DNA of 64,000 bases from Alphaproteobacteria bacterium. GTDB lineage: Bacteria; Pseudomonadota; Alphaproteobacteria; MPNO01; UBA830. Below are positions 31,773 through 41,943 of the stretch, piece by piece (the stretch's first letter is position 1; each line of letters begins with the position of its first letter). The stretch spans positions 1,376,001 through 1,440,000 of the forward strand of contig OZ219791.1 in NCBI GenBank assembly GCA_964291215.2, read 5' to 3'. The notes under the pieces are model-generated. The model saw only the letters and a program-made list of their open reading frames with translations. It was not told the DNA's origin and did not search any database. The translations under genes were made by a program, and so were the position numbers.

Positions 31773-33350
31773 TCAGTCCTCGAAGCCGTATTCCTTCCAC
31801 CGCGATTCGACGAGGTCCAGGTCCTCCTTGTGGGGGTGGACTGACAGCGGATAGCGGTCGCCACCATATTGTTCCTCGGCATCGAAATCGAGGTTGATGG
31901 TGGCATCGATCAGCACCCGGGTCCACTTGCCGGTGCCGTATTTCATGGGGTCGCGTTCGGGCAGGCGGGTCGACGGGTCGAGCAGCGAGCCAAACGTGGA
32001 CGGGAAGAACACGATGTCGTCCTCGGCGGCATTGACGCGGTAGGCGAAGGCCCAGTCGAGTGCGCCGTAGTCATGGATGTCGATGTCCTCGTCGACCACC
32101 CAGATGTTCTTGTAGCGCAGGTGGGCGGAGTTCGATCCCCAGATCGCCGCCGCCGCCTGCTTAGCCTGGCCGCGGTAGGTCTGGTTCATCTGGATCATCA
32201 ACGTCGTGCCGTTGTTTGCGGCCGGGCAGTGGACATCGGTGATGCCGGGGACGCCGGCGCGCTCAAGCACGTTCCAGGCGACGCCGGCGCGCTGGATCGA
32301 ACTCGTGATCGAGTTCTCGTTCAGCATCTTCGGCAGCGTGCCCTCAAGCGTGCCGCGGTGGATCGAGCCGTCGCGATAGGTCACGCAGGTCACCTTGGTC
32401 ACGTGTTTCGGGCCCTGGTCGCCCCCGAAATATCCGGTGTATTCTCCGAACGGGCCTTCCATCTCGAAAGTCGCCGGATCGGGATCGATGAAGCCTTCGA
32501 TGACCATCTCGCAGTCGGCTGGGACCATGATGTCGCTGGTCTCGCACTTGACCAGCTCCATCGGCCGGCCCCGGATTGCACCCATGACGTCATATTCGCA
32601 GACCCCTGTAGGGACCGGCGCGGACGCGCAGAACGGCAAGCACGGCTCGAAGCCGTAGACATGAGCCACCGGCATCTTGATGCCCCGGTCCGCCCATTTC
32701 TGGAAATGGACTCCCCAGTTCTGGGCGCGCCACAGCAGCACCGGCAGCGTGTCCTTCTGGCCCAGCATGCCGCGATAGATGCCGAGATTGTGCTGGCCGT
32801 TGTCCGGGTCCATCGTGACGGTGGCCTGGTAGGTGTTGATGTAGCGGCCTCCGTCCTCGCGATGCCAGCGCGGCACCGGGATCTTGTAGATGTCGATATC
32901 GTCGCCGGTGACAATGTTCTCTTTGACTTTGCCACCCGTCACCTCGACGGGTTCGACACGCTGCTGGAGATAGTGGCGGGTGGCCATGACCATGTCGCGT
33001 ACCGGCGCGCCCTTGGGCAGGCCCAGCATCATCGCCACGCGGCTGTAGTTCGAGAGCCCGCCGGTGAAGACCTGGCGCGACCAGACATCGTCGTCGGGGC
33101 CGTATCCCTTGACGTTGTTGAACAGCAGGGCGGGGCCGTCGCCGTTCCCGAAGGCCCTGCGCGCGATCGTTCCGAGCTCGCACTCCCAGTCGACTTCGGC
33201 GTCGATTTCCTGGATTTCACCCTCGGTGCGCAGCGCCTCGATCCAGCCGCGCAGGTCGTCGAACGACCGTGGGACCAGCATGTTGTGCATACCGTCGATT
33301 TTCTGTTCGGGCACGGCAGATTGCTCCTCGATTCGGTTGGATTTCGGCAT
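31773..33350 (-). CDS. UbiD family prFMN-dependent (de)carboxylase, copy 1
   Basis: DLRGWIEAL, PALLFNNVKG, EDGGRYI, HNLGIYRG, EGPFGEYTGY, VVDEDIDI, LLDPS; start may be ~33290. Confidence 0.93.
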   Translation of the reverse strand: MPKSNRIEEQSAVPEQKIDGMHNMLVPRSFDDLRGWIEALRTEGEIQEIDAEVDWECELGTIARRAFGNGDGPALLFNNVKGYGPDDDVWSRQVFTGGLSNYSRVAMMLGLPKGAPVRDMVMATRHYLQQRVEPVEVTGGKVKENIVTGDDIDIYKIPVPRWHREDGGRYINTYQATVTMDPDNGQHNLGIYRGMLGQKDTLPVLLWRAQNWGVHFQKWADRGIKMPVAHVYGFEPCLPFCASAPVPTGVCEYDVMGAIRGRPMELVKCETSDIMVPADCEMVIEGFIDPDPATFEMEGPFGEYTGYFGGDQGPKHVTKVTCVTYRDGSIHRGTLEGTLPKMLNENSITSSIQRAGVAWNVLERAGVPGITDVHCPAANNGTTLMIQMNQTYRGQAKQAAAAIWGSNSAHLRYKNIWVVDEDIDIHDYGALDWAFAYRVNAAEDDIVFFPSTFGSLLDPSTRLPERDPMKYGTGKWTRVLIDATINLDFDAEEQYGGDRYPLSVHPHKEDLDLVESRWKEYGFED

Positions 33351-33470
33351 TGGCGTGGATGTGGAGCCGACGCCGACCGGCGCCTCGGACCCACCTGCAG
33401 CGGACCGCTGTTTTCGGAATTTCTCGGGCGCTTGTCAAATCGCGGCCCGCCCTGCGGGCCGGATCTGCCC

Positions 33471-35018
33471 TCAATCGGCGGACGTGAGGCGCCGCGTCCA
33501 CTTGCCTGAGAGTTCGAGCGACTGCCAGCGCTGCTCCAGCGCCCTGATGTCCTCGTCGACCGGACGCACAGTTGGCGGAAACCGGTCGCCTCCCCGTTCG
33601 GGGTCGTAGTCGAGATTTATCGTGGCGTCGATCAGCACCCTGTTCCATTTGCCGGTGCCGAACCGCAGCACATCGGCGTCGCGGCGCCGTACGCTGGGGT
33701 CGAGCCCGGCGCCCCAGTTGGCCGGAAAGATCACGATGTCGTCCTCGCCGGCATTGACGCGCCAGGCGCAGGCCCAGTCGACGGCTTCGTAGTCATGGAT
33801 ATCGATGTCCTCGTCGACGACCGTGACATGCTTGTAGCGGACATGCGACGACGAATCGCCCCACAGCGCCAGCGCGACCTGCTTGGCCTGTCCGCGGTAG
33901 GTCTGCTTGATCGCGATGTTGATGTTCGCGCCGGCGTGAATCGGGTGGCCGAACACGTCGACGACGCCTGGAACGCCGGCGTTTTCGAGCGCGTTCCAGG
34001 CCACCGCCGAGCGCTGTATCGAGCTCATGATTGGGTTCTCGCCAACGCTTCCGGGAATTGCGCCTTCTACTGTTCCCCGGAATATCGGATTGTCGCGATG
34101 GGTGATGCAGGTCACCCGCGTGGTGTGTTTCCTGGTCCTTTCCGGCGCGTAATATCCGGTGAACTCGGCATAGGGCCCCTCTTCGGTGAAAGTCGCCGGG
34201 TCGGTCGAAATCCATCCCTCGATCACGATCTCGGCCGTGGCCGGGACCATCAGCGGGACCGTCTCGCATTCCACCAGATCCACCGGCTCGCCACGGATGG
34301 CGCCCATGACGTCGTATTCGGAGACGTTGCGGGGCACCGGCGCTCCCGCCGTGAAGCCCAGCGACGGCTCCCACCCGATGACGTAGGCAACCGGCATCTC
34401 GTCGCCGCGCTCCTGGTGCTTGGCAAAATGCGCCCCCCAGTGCTGGGCGCGCCACATCAGGACCGGTATCTCCGCTGGGCCGCTGACCATTCCGCGATAG
34501 ATGCCGACATTGTGAATGGCGGTCTCCGGATCCTTGGTGACGCAGCCGGCGTAGGTGAGGATGTAGCGTCCGCCGTCGAGCCGGTTCCATTTCGGAACCG
34601 GAAACCTGAGGAGATCGATGTCGTCGCCGACAATCACGTTCTGCTTTACCGGGCCGTTCTTCACGACGCGCGGTGCAACTCGGTCCTGGAATATGGTCCG
34701 GCATATCCGGACGAGTTCGCGCACCGGCGTGTCCTGCGGCAGGCCAAACATCATCGCGATCCGGGAATAGCTGGCTTGGCCGCCGGTGAATATCTGCGAG
34801 CATAGGGCGTCCGGCGTGTTGTAATCCCTGATATTGCTGAATAGGAGCGCGGGTCCGTCGCCGCTTCCCTGGATCATCCGGACCAGATTGCCGATCTCGA
34901 CATCCCAGTCGACTTCGCCGCTAACTTCCTCAAGCTCGCCCGCTTCGCGGAGCGTATCTATCCACCCGCGAAGGTCGCCGAAGACCGCCTGTCCGCGGTT
35001 AAATACTAACTCATTCAT
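33471..35018 (-). CDS. UbiD family prFMN-dependent (de)carboxylase, copy 2
   Basis: DLRGWIDTL, PALLFSNI, LDGGRYI, HNVGIYRG, EGPYAEFTGY, VVDEDIDI, GLDPS. Confidence 0.93.
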   Translation of the reverse strand: MNELVFNRGQAVFGDLRGWIDTLREAGELEEVSGEVDWDVEIGNLVRMIQGSGDGPALLFSNIRDYNTPDALCSQIFTGGQASYSRIAMMFGLPQDTPVRELVRICRTIFQDRVAPRVVKNGPVKQNVIVGDDIDLLRFPVPKWNRLDGGRYILTYAGCVTKDPETAIHNVGIYRGMVSGPAEIPVLMWRAQHWGAHFAKHQERGDEMPVAYVIGWEPSLGFTAGAPVPRNVSEYDVMGAIRGEPVDLVECETVPLMVPATAEIVIEGWISTDPATFTEEGPYAEFTGYYAPERTRKHTTRVTCITHRDNPIFRGTVEGAIPGSVGENPIMSSIQRSAVAWNALENAGVPGVVDVFGHPIHAGANINIAIKQTYRGQAKQVALALWGDSSSHVRYKHVTVVDEDIDIHDYEAVDWACAWRVNAGEDDIVIFPANWGAGLDPSVRRRDADVLRFGTGKWNRVLIDATINLDYDPERGGDRFPPTVRPVDEDIRALEQRWQSLELSGKWTRRLTSAD

Positions 35019-35153
35019 CCCTTGCCCCTTGCGTCAAACCTTGCTGGGCCATATCTAACTGTTTGCCCGGCTCGGTGCCAGAGCGCATCCGCATTGCATG
35101 TGGATGTCCCCCGGGGCCTCAAGGGCCGACGTGATCGTGGCGGGGCGCGGGCC

Positions 35154-36338
35154 GTGTATCCTCTCATACTGACGGTGTTCATTGATCTGGTCGGTTTCGG
35201 CATCGTGCTGCCGCTGCTGCCGCTCTACGCCCAGGCGTTCGGAGCGGCGCCGGAAACGGTGACGTTGGTCGCGGCGAGCTACACGCTTGCGCAGTCGCTG
35301 TTCGGACCCGTCTGGGGCTGGCTGAGCGACCGGATCGGGCGCAAACCGGTGCTGCTCATCACCATCGCCGGCACATGCTGTGCCTATCTGCTCCTAGCCT
35401 TTACCGGAACGCTCTGGATGCTGTTCGCCACCCGCTTCTTCGGCGGCGCGATGGCGGCGAATATGAGCGTTGCGCATGCGCTGGTCTCCGACGTGACGAA
35501 GCCCGAAGACCGCGCCCGCGCCATCGCTCGGCTCGGTGGCGCCGCGGGCCTCGGTTTTGTCGTGGGTCCGGCGATCGGAGGGCTGCTGGCGACGGCGAGC
35601 GACGGGACAGCGGATTTCATGGTGCCGTATTTGGCCGCGGCCGCGTTCTCGGCGGTGGCATTCGTGCTCGCGATCTTCTTCATCCGCGAGACGGTGACGG
35701 CGGAACAGAAGACCAGTGCGCGCGCCGGCGGCGGAATAGGCATCTGGCTCGCGCCTCTCGGGCAGAGCGAGATTCGCCTCATACTATGCCTCATGTTCAT
35801 GTCGCCGTTCGTCTTTGCTGGTGTCGAGACGATTCTCGTCATCTGGTCGGCCGCGGCGTGGGGCTGGGGTCCGGCGCAGACAGGACCGTTCTACACTTGG
35901 ATGGGGTTTTGTTATGTGGTGCTGCAGTGGGCGGCCGTCGGTCCGCTGGTACGTCGCGTCGGCGAACGGGCGATGGTGACCGCCGGAGCGGCCGCTCTCG
36001 GCGTCGGCGTATTGTGGATGCCGCTCGCCGGAACCGTTGTCGAATTGTATGCGGCCGCGTTCTTCATGATCCTGGGCGTTGCGGCCAATGCGGCTTCGTT
36101 GGCCAGTCTGTTGTCGCAATATGCCGGTTCCGACGTGCGCGGCCGGGTGCTCGGGCTCGGCCAGGCCTTCGCCGGCATCGGCCGGATTATCGGTCCTGCT
36201 TCCGCCGGCATGGCGTTCGGGTGGATCGGAATCGACTGGCCGTTCTATGGCGGTCTCGTGGCGATGATCATCATGGTCGCGATCAGCCGCGGCATTCCGG
36301 CGCGCCGCGCGGGCGACATCGACGCCAAGAAACGCTGA
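35154..36338 (+). CDS. MFS transporter (TetA/DHA1-like)
   Basis: FIDLVGFGIVLPLLP, GWLSDRIGRKPVL motif A, GFVVGPAIGG. Confidence 0.9.
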   Translation: MYPLILTVFIDLVGFGIVLPLLPLYAQAFGAAPETVTLVAASYTLAQSLFGPVWGWLSDRIGRKPVLLITIAGTCCAYLLLAFTGTLWMLFATRFFGGAMAANMSVAHALVSDVTKPEDRARAIARLGGAAGLGFVVGPAIGGLLATASDGTADFMVPYLAAAAFSAVAFVLAIFFIRETVTAEQKTSARAGGGIGIWLAPLGQSEIRLILCLMFMSPFVFAGVETILVIWSAAAWGWGPAQTGPFYTWMGFCYVVLQWAAVGPLVRRVGERAMVTAGAAALGVGVLWMPLAGTVVELYAAAFFMILGVAANAASLASLLSQYAGSDVRGRVLGLGQAFAGIGRIIGPASAGMAFGWIGIDWPFYGGLVAMIIMVAISRGIPARRAGDIDAKKR

Positions 36339-36502
36339 TACGCGACTTGTCCGATCCGAACGGCGGTCGCGCAGTGAGGTCGGGATACCGGACAACGGCT
36401 CGACGCGAGGCCCGACCGGAATCTGGCCCATCCCTGCCGGACTGTCATTGGGGGGGGGTGGATCCGTCCGGCCTCCATGGCGGCCCGGGAAACTCTATAT
36501 TC

Positions 36503-36544
36503 GGCAACTACCCAGATACCCGGTCGGGTACCTGGGTAGTTGCC
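36503..36544. repeat. Near-perfect 20-bp inverted repeat (42-bp palindrome)
   Basis: GGCAACTACCCAGATACCCG-GT-CGGGTACCTGGGTAGTTGCC, one mismatch. Confidence 0.9.
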
Positions 36545-37063
36545 TCTAAGCATACAAAAAACGTAACTGTTCACCCCTTGGTTCCGGCTTGATGTCAGGG
36601 TAGAGCAACGAACGGGTTTTCATGGAGATTTGACACTGCAGGCCGATTCGTTTAGTGGTGGTCATCGAGAACGACGGGGGCCACCGATGGGCTACTTTGG
36701 ATCCAGGGCGACGAGCGGGCTGTGCCAGCTGCTTCCGGGGCTCCAGCCCCCGCATGGTCTGTATGTGGAAACGCATCCGGGAGGCGGCGCACTGATGAAG
36801 CGCAAGGCGCCGTGCTCTATCGGGATCGACCGGGAGCGCTGGACGGGTTCGGGTGCGACTATCCGGTGGAACTGATCCACGGCTGCGCCCACGCGTTCCT
36901 GGCCGGCTTTGCGTTCCGGGGCACGGAACTGGTCTGCAGCGACCCCTGCAGGCGACCCGCCGGTCGAAGCGGCGGTACCGCCACGACTACACCGAAGCCG
37001 ACCATGTCGAACTCCTTGAACTGCTCAAGGGTCTGCCGTGTTAGGCGATGGTCTCGGCCCCCC

Positions 37064-37256
37064 CACGGTGATCCCACGCTGCTAATCCGACGACGACTGG
37101 CGAGTTTTTTTCAGTTTGCGTCGCGCTGCAATCGTGCCGCCAAGGCTTGATGGGGCCTTTTTGGCACGAAAATTGCGATCAAGGAGGCGATCTGTGATGA
37201 GCCGAGCCCCAACGCATTCGGATTTCGCGTCTCCAAATTAGCATGGGATCGTCGTG
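37064..37256 (+). mobile_element. 193-bp MITE, copy 1
   Basis: TIRs CACGGTGATCCCACGCTGCTAAT / ATTAGCATGGGATCGTCGTG; near-identical inverted copy at 42351-42543; flanked by C-runs. Confidence 0.9.
37162..37176 (+). promoter_or_regulatory. Sigma54 -24/-12 consensus inside MITE
   Basis: TGGCACG-AAAA-TTGC followed by AAGGAGG RBS and GTG/ATG; conserved in copy 2 (42431-42445, minus). Confidence 0.6.
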
Positions 37257-37395
37257 CCCCCCCGCTCGGCGTTGTACGACGACCTGCTGCGGGACTGGCA
37301 CCGCATTGCCATGCAGGTGACGACCCGGGTCCGCACCGAGGTGGTGTGGCTCGACTTCGAGCCCGGGCGGATGCACTCGGCCAGCGATGCCGGGC

Positions 37396-37800
37396 GGCCG
37401 CAGCTGGAGGGGTGGGCGGACGAATGGATCGATCGCGGAGATTTGCCGCCTGAACACGGCTCGACTGCCTTGCTTCCGGCGGCGTTCGAGGCTGCGCAGG
37501 CGGCGCTGGAGATTGCGGTCGCCGCGCTGTTTGCGGAAGCGCCGAGGCTTCCGAAAGCGGCGCCGGAAGGCAGGCCGCTGCGCTCAACCATCGCGTGTTC
37601 GTCGACCATGGACAACAATTTCGGGGAAAGGGCCCCCCGGGGGCCCGGCCAACGGGCGGAAGCCCGGCTTCGGTTCCGACAGCATGGACGGCTGTCGGCG
37701 GTCATGTACACGGCCGCGAGGAGCGGCCTCGACGTTCTGCGCTGGCGCTTGCGCGGAGAACGGCGGCCCGGCGATCTGTCGCCCCGGTTGCCGTGAGCCC
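37396..37800 (+). pseudogene. IS66 transposase TnpC C-terminal remnant
   Basis: EGRPLRS, MDNNFGERAPRGP, GRKPGFGSDS, AVMYT, GLDVLRW, DLSPRLP. Confidence 0.75.
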
Positions 37801-37879
37801 GGAGAGGCGGCGGAGATTCGCAGCGCCGCCGTGAGGTCGAGGGCGCGACTTCATGATCGCGCAGTGCTGCGACGATCAC

Positions 37880-38254
37880 GGAGCGGACCCCATCGCCCGC
37901 GCCTTCTGCCGCCGCCAGCCCCGAAGCTGATCACGTCGGACACCGCCGCCCCGAAGACCCTCGACGAGCTCCGCCCGCTGACACTGCCTCGGATACACGC
38001 GCCTGGCAGCGCCGCAGATGCGCTACGCGCGGTCCATGACCGGAACGGCGAGCCGCTGCTTCTCGACCGCGGCATGGAGCGCGCGCTGCAACACCACGCC
38101 CGTGTCCTGCGAGACCTTGTCCCGCGCCGCGGCGGCGTCTGCCGGCCGCGTCGGAACAACTAGGGGGTGCGGCCGTTACGACCGACATGACAGAAGCCGA
38201 AGAAGGACATCTGGCCCGTTCCGCAAGGACTGGAAGCGGACCCTCAATCGCTGA
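37880..38254 (+). pseudogene. DUF4338 (DruA-like) protein remnant
   Basis: TLDELRPL, QMRYAVHDRNG, FSTAAW, NTTPVSCET, VGTTRGCGRYDRH, KDIW, RKDWKRTLNR*. Confidence 0.65.
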
Positions 38255-38465
38255 ACCCTGCAACCGGCACGGGATGGCGCTCAGCTTCTCCTCCGCAGCG
38301 CCGGGACAAAGCCGCAACCAATGCGGAAAACACGGCATGGCGCCAGTGCCCCTCACCGCGCATCCCGGTGCACGAAACCGCTCCGGGTGACGCTGGAACT
38401 CCCTGACAAAAGCCCGTCAAACGGACGAAAACAACAACACCTCACCGCACGAACGAACGCTTACG

Positions 38466-38994
38466 GTGGGTGCAGTTCTCGTATGGCGCATCCAAGTCAT
38501 TGATTTAACGCGGTTGTGCGGTCGCGAGGCAGCGGCGAAAACGGGTTTTCGTGACAATCGCCCGTTTCGGGACAGGATTTTGTCACGACCCCCGCGGCAT
38601 CGACAGGTGATCCGGGCGCTGCGCCACCTTCGCGACACCGCGGCGCCAACGGGCCGACATCGACAGGGAACTGTCCTTCTTCCGCAAGCATCGCCACCGC
38701 ATGCGCTACCACGCGCTGAAGCAACCGGCTCGGGAATTGTCGAGGCGGCAAACAAGACCCCCGTCACACAGCGCATGAGGCGCTCCGGCATGCGCTGGCG
38801 CATCGTCGGCGGACAATCACCTTCCGCGCCCTGCTCGAATCCGGCCGCTTCGAGAGCGCGTGGACGGCCATAATCGGTGCAGACGACGCACCAGCCAACG
38901 ACAACATCAGCCCAAATCACACCCCGGCACTGGCCGCATGAGATGAACAAATGGTACCGAGCCTGCAACCGTGCCATACGAAACTCTCACCCAC
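38466..38994 (+). mobile_element. Internally deleted ISKra4 family element
   Basis: Imperfect TIRs GTGGGTGCAGTTCTCGTATGGCGC / GTGCCATACGAAACTCTCACCCAC; encloses FFRKHRHRMRY and GSGIVEAANKTPVTQRMRRSGMRW. Confidence 0.8.
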
Positions 38995-39099
38995 GAGGCC
39001 GGAGAACGTCAGGCCGAAACCCTGCGCACAAGGCTGAAGGTCCCCCCCTCACGTCACGCTCCACAGACGCCGACCGCCAAAATCCCGCCGTTCTGAATC

Positions 39100-40048
39100 G
39101 CCGCCGACAACGCGATCCGACGGCACGGGATCAGCGAGGTCACCTTCTACAGGTGGCGCAAGAAGTATGCCGGGATGAGCGGCGATCAGCTTCGCCGTCT
39201 GAAGGATATCGAGAAGGAGAACGAGCGGCTGCGCCGTGCGGTTCCGGACCTGACGCTGGACAAGCAGGTCCTCAAGGGTGAGCGCATGCACGTCATTGGT
39301 TCGAGTGCATGCGCGAACGCGCGGGGGAACTTCTAGGCCCCTCGCGCTGCCGCCAGTGCATCGACCATGTCTGCGACCGGCTCGGGGTCTCGGAGCGCCG
39401 GGCCTGCCGGGTATTTGGGCAGCACCGCTCGACCCGGCACCGCATCCCCTGCGGTCGTGACGACGAGGACCGCCGGTCGGCGCCATGATCGAGCTGGCCC
39501 GCCAGTATGGCGGTTACGTTATCGACGGATCGCGGCCTTGCTTCGCGATGCCGGCTAGCAGGTCAACGACAAACGGGGCGAGCGCCTGTGGCGGCGCGAG
39601 GGGCTGAAGAGGTGCGCGGGAGATAACAGAAGCGGGGCCGTCCGTGGCTGAACGACGGCTCCTGTATCCGGCTGCGCGCCGAGCGGGCGGACCACGTCCG
39701 GTCCTGTGACATGGTCCATCACTGGACATATGACGGCTGGGCCTTGCGCATGCTCAACGTCCTGGACGAGTTCACCCGTGAAAGCCTGGCGATCCGGGTT
39801 CGGCGTAAGCTCTCCTCGATCGACATCATCGACGTGCTGACCGATCCGTTCATCCTGCGCCGAGCCCCTGGCCACATCCGCTCCGACAACGGACCGGAGT
39901 TCGTCGCTGGGGCGGTCAGGCCGTGGATCGCTGCAGTCGGCGCCCGTACCGCCGTCATCGAGCCGGGCTTACCCCGGGAGAACAGCTACATCGAAAGCTA
40001 CAACGCCCGGCTCCGCGATGAGCTCCTCGACGGGAAGATCTTCTACAG
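39100..40048 (+). mobile_element. IS3 family transposase pseudogene (OrfA/OrfB)
   Basis: GISEVTFYRWRKKYAGM..ENERLRRAV.DLTLDK; LNVLDEFTRESLAI, IRSDNGPEFVA, ENSYIESYNARLRDELL. Confidence 0.9.
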
Positions 40049-40247
40049 GGGGATTATAGTGAATAGTCCCAATCCGCCCGCTCAGCGCCACCGCCCGATT
40101 TGTCGCAACGCTTCCTCGGCCTTGGCGATCGCGGCCCGGCCAACTCTCATGTAATCTGACGGAACCGCCCTGCCTGACGGCCTGCCGTCAGCGAATTCGC
40201 TGGATCGAACGGTGCCGAACCGACCCCTTCCGACGCGGGCGACGACC

Positions 40248-40847
40248 CTACCCTTCGGCGGCGCGCGCCTCCCTGACGCTGTCGCGAAGGCAAAACCGCT
40301 CGTAGTAGGCCGCCACGTTGGGAAGCTGGCCGAGATCGAACTTGGCGGGCCGGGACCAGTTGAGAATCGCGCCGCAATAGACGTCGGCGACGGTAAAATC
40401 CTCACCCATGAGCCAGTCCCTGCCCTCCAGCGAGGCGTCGAGGAAGCCAAGTCTCACCTCAAGCCGGGCTCTCGCGATGGGCCTCATCTCGTCCGGAATG
40501 TAGGGAAGAAACAGCGGCGGGAAACCTTTGTGCAGCTCGCCGGCGACGAAGCTCAGCCATTCCTGCACCCGGTAGCGCTCCTCCGTGCCGCCAGCGGGCA
40601 GCAACCCGGTGTCAGGCGCCTGATCACCGATCCACTGGAGGATCACCGCGCATTCGGAAAGCTGCCCGCCATCGTCGCGTTCCAGAAACGGCACATATCC
40701 GCGCGGGTTGACGGCGAGGTAGTCGCTGCCGTCCGCGAGTTTCTTGTCCTGCAGACTCACAGACACGAGATCGAAATCCATCCCGGCTTCCCTCAGGCCG
40801 ACATGTGGCGCGAACGAGCACGTGCCCTTTGCGTAGTACAGCTTCAT
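40248..40847 (-). CDS. gstA: Glutathione S-transferase (beta class, GstA-like)
   Basis: MKLYYAKGTCS.APH, VNPRGYVP, ELHKGF, FTVADVY; GGAG RBS. Confidence 0.92.
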   Translation of the reverse strand: MKLYYAKGTCSFAPHVGLREAGMDFDLVSVSLQDKKLADGSDYLAVNPRGYVPFLERDDGGQLSECAVILQWIGDQAPDTGLLPAGGTEERYRVQEWLSFVAGELHKGFPPLFLPYIPDEMRPIARARLEVRLGFLDASLEGRDWLMGEDFTVADVYCGAILNWSRPAKFDLGQLPNVAAYYERFCLRDSVREARAAEG

Positions 40848-40888
40848 GACATCTCCTTCCGGTGAGTGGGAAAACGTGTGCAGGTCCG

Positions 40889-41841
40889 TCAGCCTGCGGC
40901 CGAGAACCTGTCACGGTCATGGTCGCGGGCAAGATCGACGAGTGGGCCGCGCGGGACGACGCCATTGGTGCCGGCCGGCCGGCTGGAAGATCTGGCGCTT
41001 CATGGAGGCGACGTCACTCACGCTGTCGATTCCCCGGGTCTGATACAGGTCGCGCAAATATTTTGAGAGGTGGTGATAATCCTCAAGATGGCGCAGGTTG
41101 CACTTATAATCGGCATAGTAGATCGGATCGAAGCGGATCAGGTTCGGATAGAAACGCCAGTCGGCCTCGGTCTGGGATCCGCCGCACATATACCGCTGGC
41201 CGGACAGCAGTTCGTCGAGCGTCCCGAACAGCAGGTCCACGGACTTCTCATAGGCGTCCTGGGTGGTCGAATGGCCGCATCCATTGATGGCGTCGTTAAT
41301 TCCCCTGAGCACCTTCCCGTTCATGGCGTCGATCTCGTCCCGGAGCACCGCCGGACAGTAGTTCAGCGTCGGCTCGGCAATGCCCGCGAATTCGGAGTTG
41401 AACATGCGGATGATCTCGGAGAACTCGTTGCTCACGATGCTGTTCGTCACGGTATCCCACAGCATCGGCACCGTGACCCGTGTCGTGCAGCCCGGTTCGC
41501 CCAACGCATAGACCTCGTGAAGATAGTTCACCTGCCTGCCGCTGCCGGGAACCGTGTGCGGGCCGTCAACGAAACCCCAGCCCTGCCTGTCGGGCGACTG
41601 CTCAGTATCAACCAGGCCGATCAGGCCGTCAAGCTTCTTCAGGACACGGAATATCTCGGTCCGGTGCGCCCACGGACAGGCGACCGACGAATAGAGCACG
41701 TAGCGCCTCGACGGGATAACCTGAGGATCCGTCGTCGGTGATTCGGTTCCGGGACTGCGACGGCCTCTTGACATAGAGCCCGGCCGCGTCTTCGCCGAGC
41801 ACATCGTCATGCGTCCACGCGCCGTCCAGCAGGTGTCCCAT
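40889..41841 (-). pseudogene. Glutathionyl-hydroquinone reductase (omega-like GST, YqjG family), frameshifted
   Basis: MGHLLDGAW in one frame; ACPWAHRT, RVTVPMLWD, IVSNE.SEIIRMFN, TEADWR..LIRFD, YLRDLYQ in another; GVVPRGP end in a third. Confidence 0.85.
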
Positions 41842-41943
41842 GGGCCGCACTCCAACCAGTCTTCAAATTCCGACGCGGGATGTATGCACGGTCGGCACCC
41901 GGCCAGTCCAACGATCAGGGACGACAAGGCAGTGATGCCGCTG

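Larger units (their letters stand above)
36687..37395 (+). pseudogene. Dam-like (D12 class) DNA adenine methyltransferase, frameshifted and MITE-interrupted
   Basis: MGYFGSRATSGLCQ..PPHGLYVETHPGGGALM (motifs X/I), IGID, ELVCSDP (degenerate DPPY), YRHDYTEADHVELLELLKGL, SALYDDLLRDW, RTEVVWLDF. Confidence 0.8.
36563..38464 (+). mobile_element. Composite decayed IS66-type region: left end + DNA MTase + IS66 TnpC C-terminus + DUF4338 + IS66 right end
   Basis: Starts GTAACTGTTCACCCC (same ~250 bp as the copies at 44574, 57583 and 63940); ends GAACGAACGCTTAC (canonical IS66 GTAAGCG end). No TSD seen, so it may be two nested elements. Confidence 0.65.

Noticed and set aside
36563-38254. Functional restriction-modification or Druantia defence system
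   Set aside because: MTase and DUF4338 are both pseudogenes; no endonuclease or DruE helicase in the window
40049-40071. Short hairpin GGGATTAT-AGTGA-ATAGTCCC at the IS3 truncation point
   Set aside because: 8-bp imperfect arms, too short to interpret
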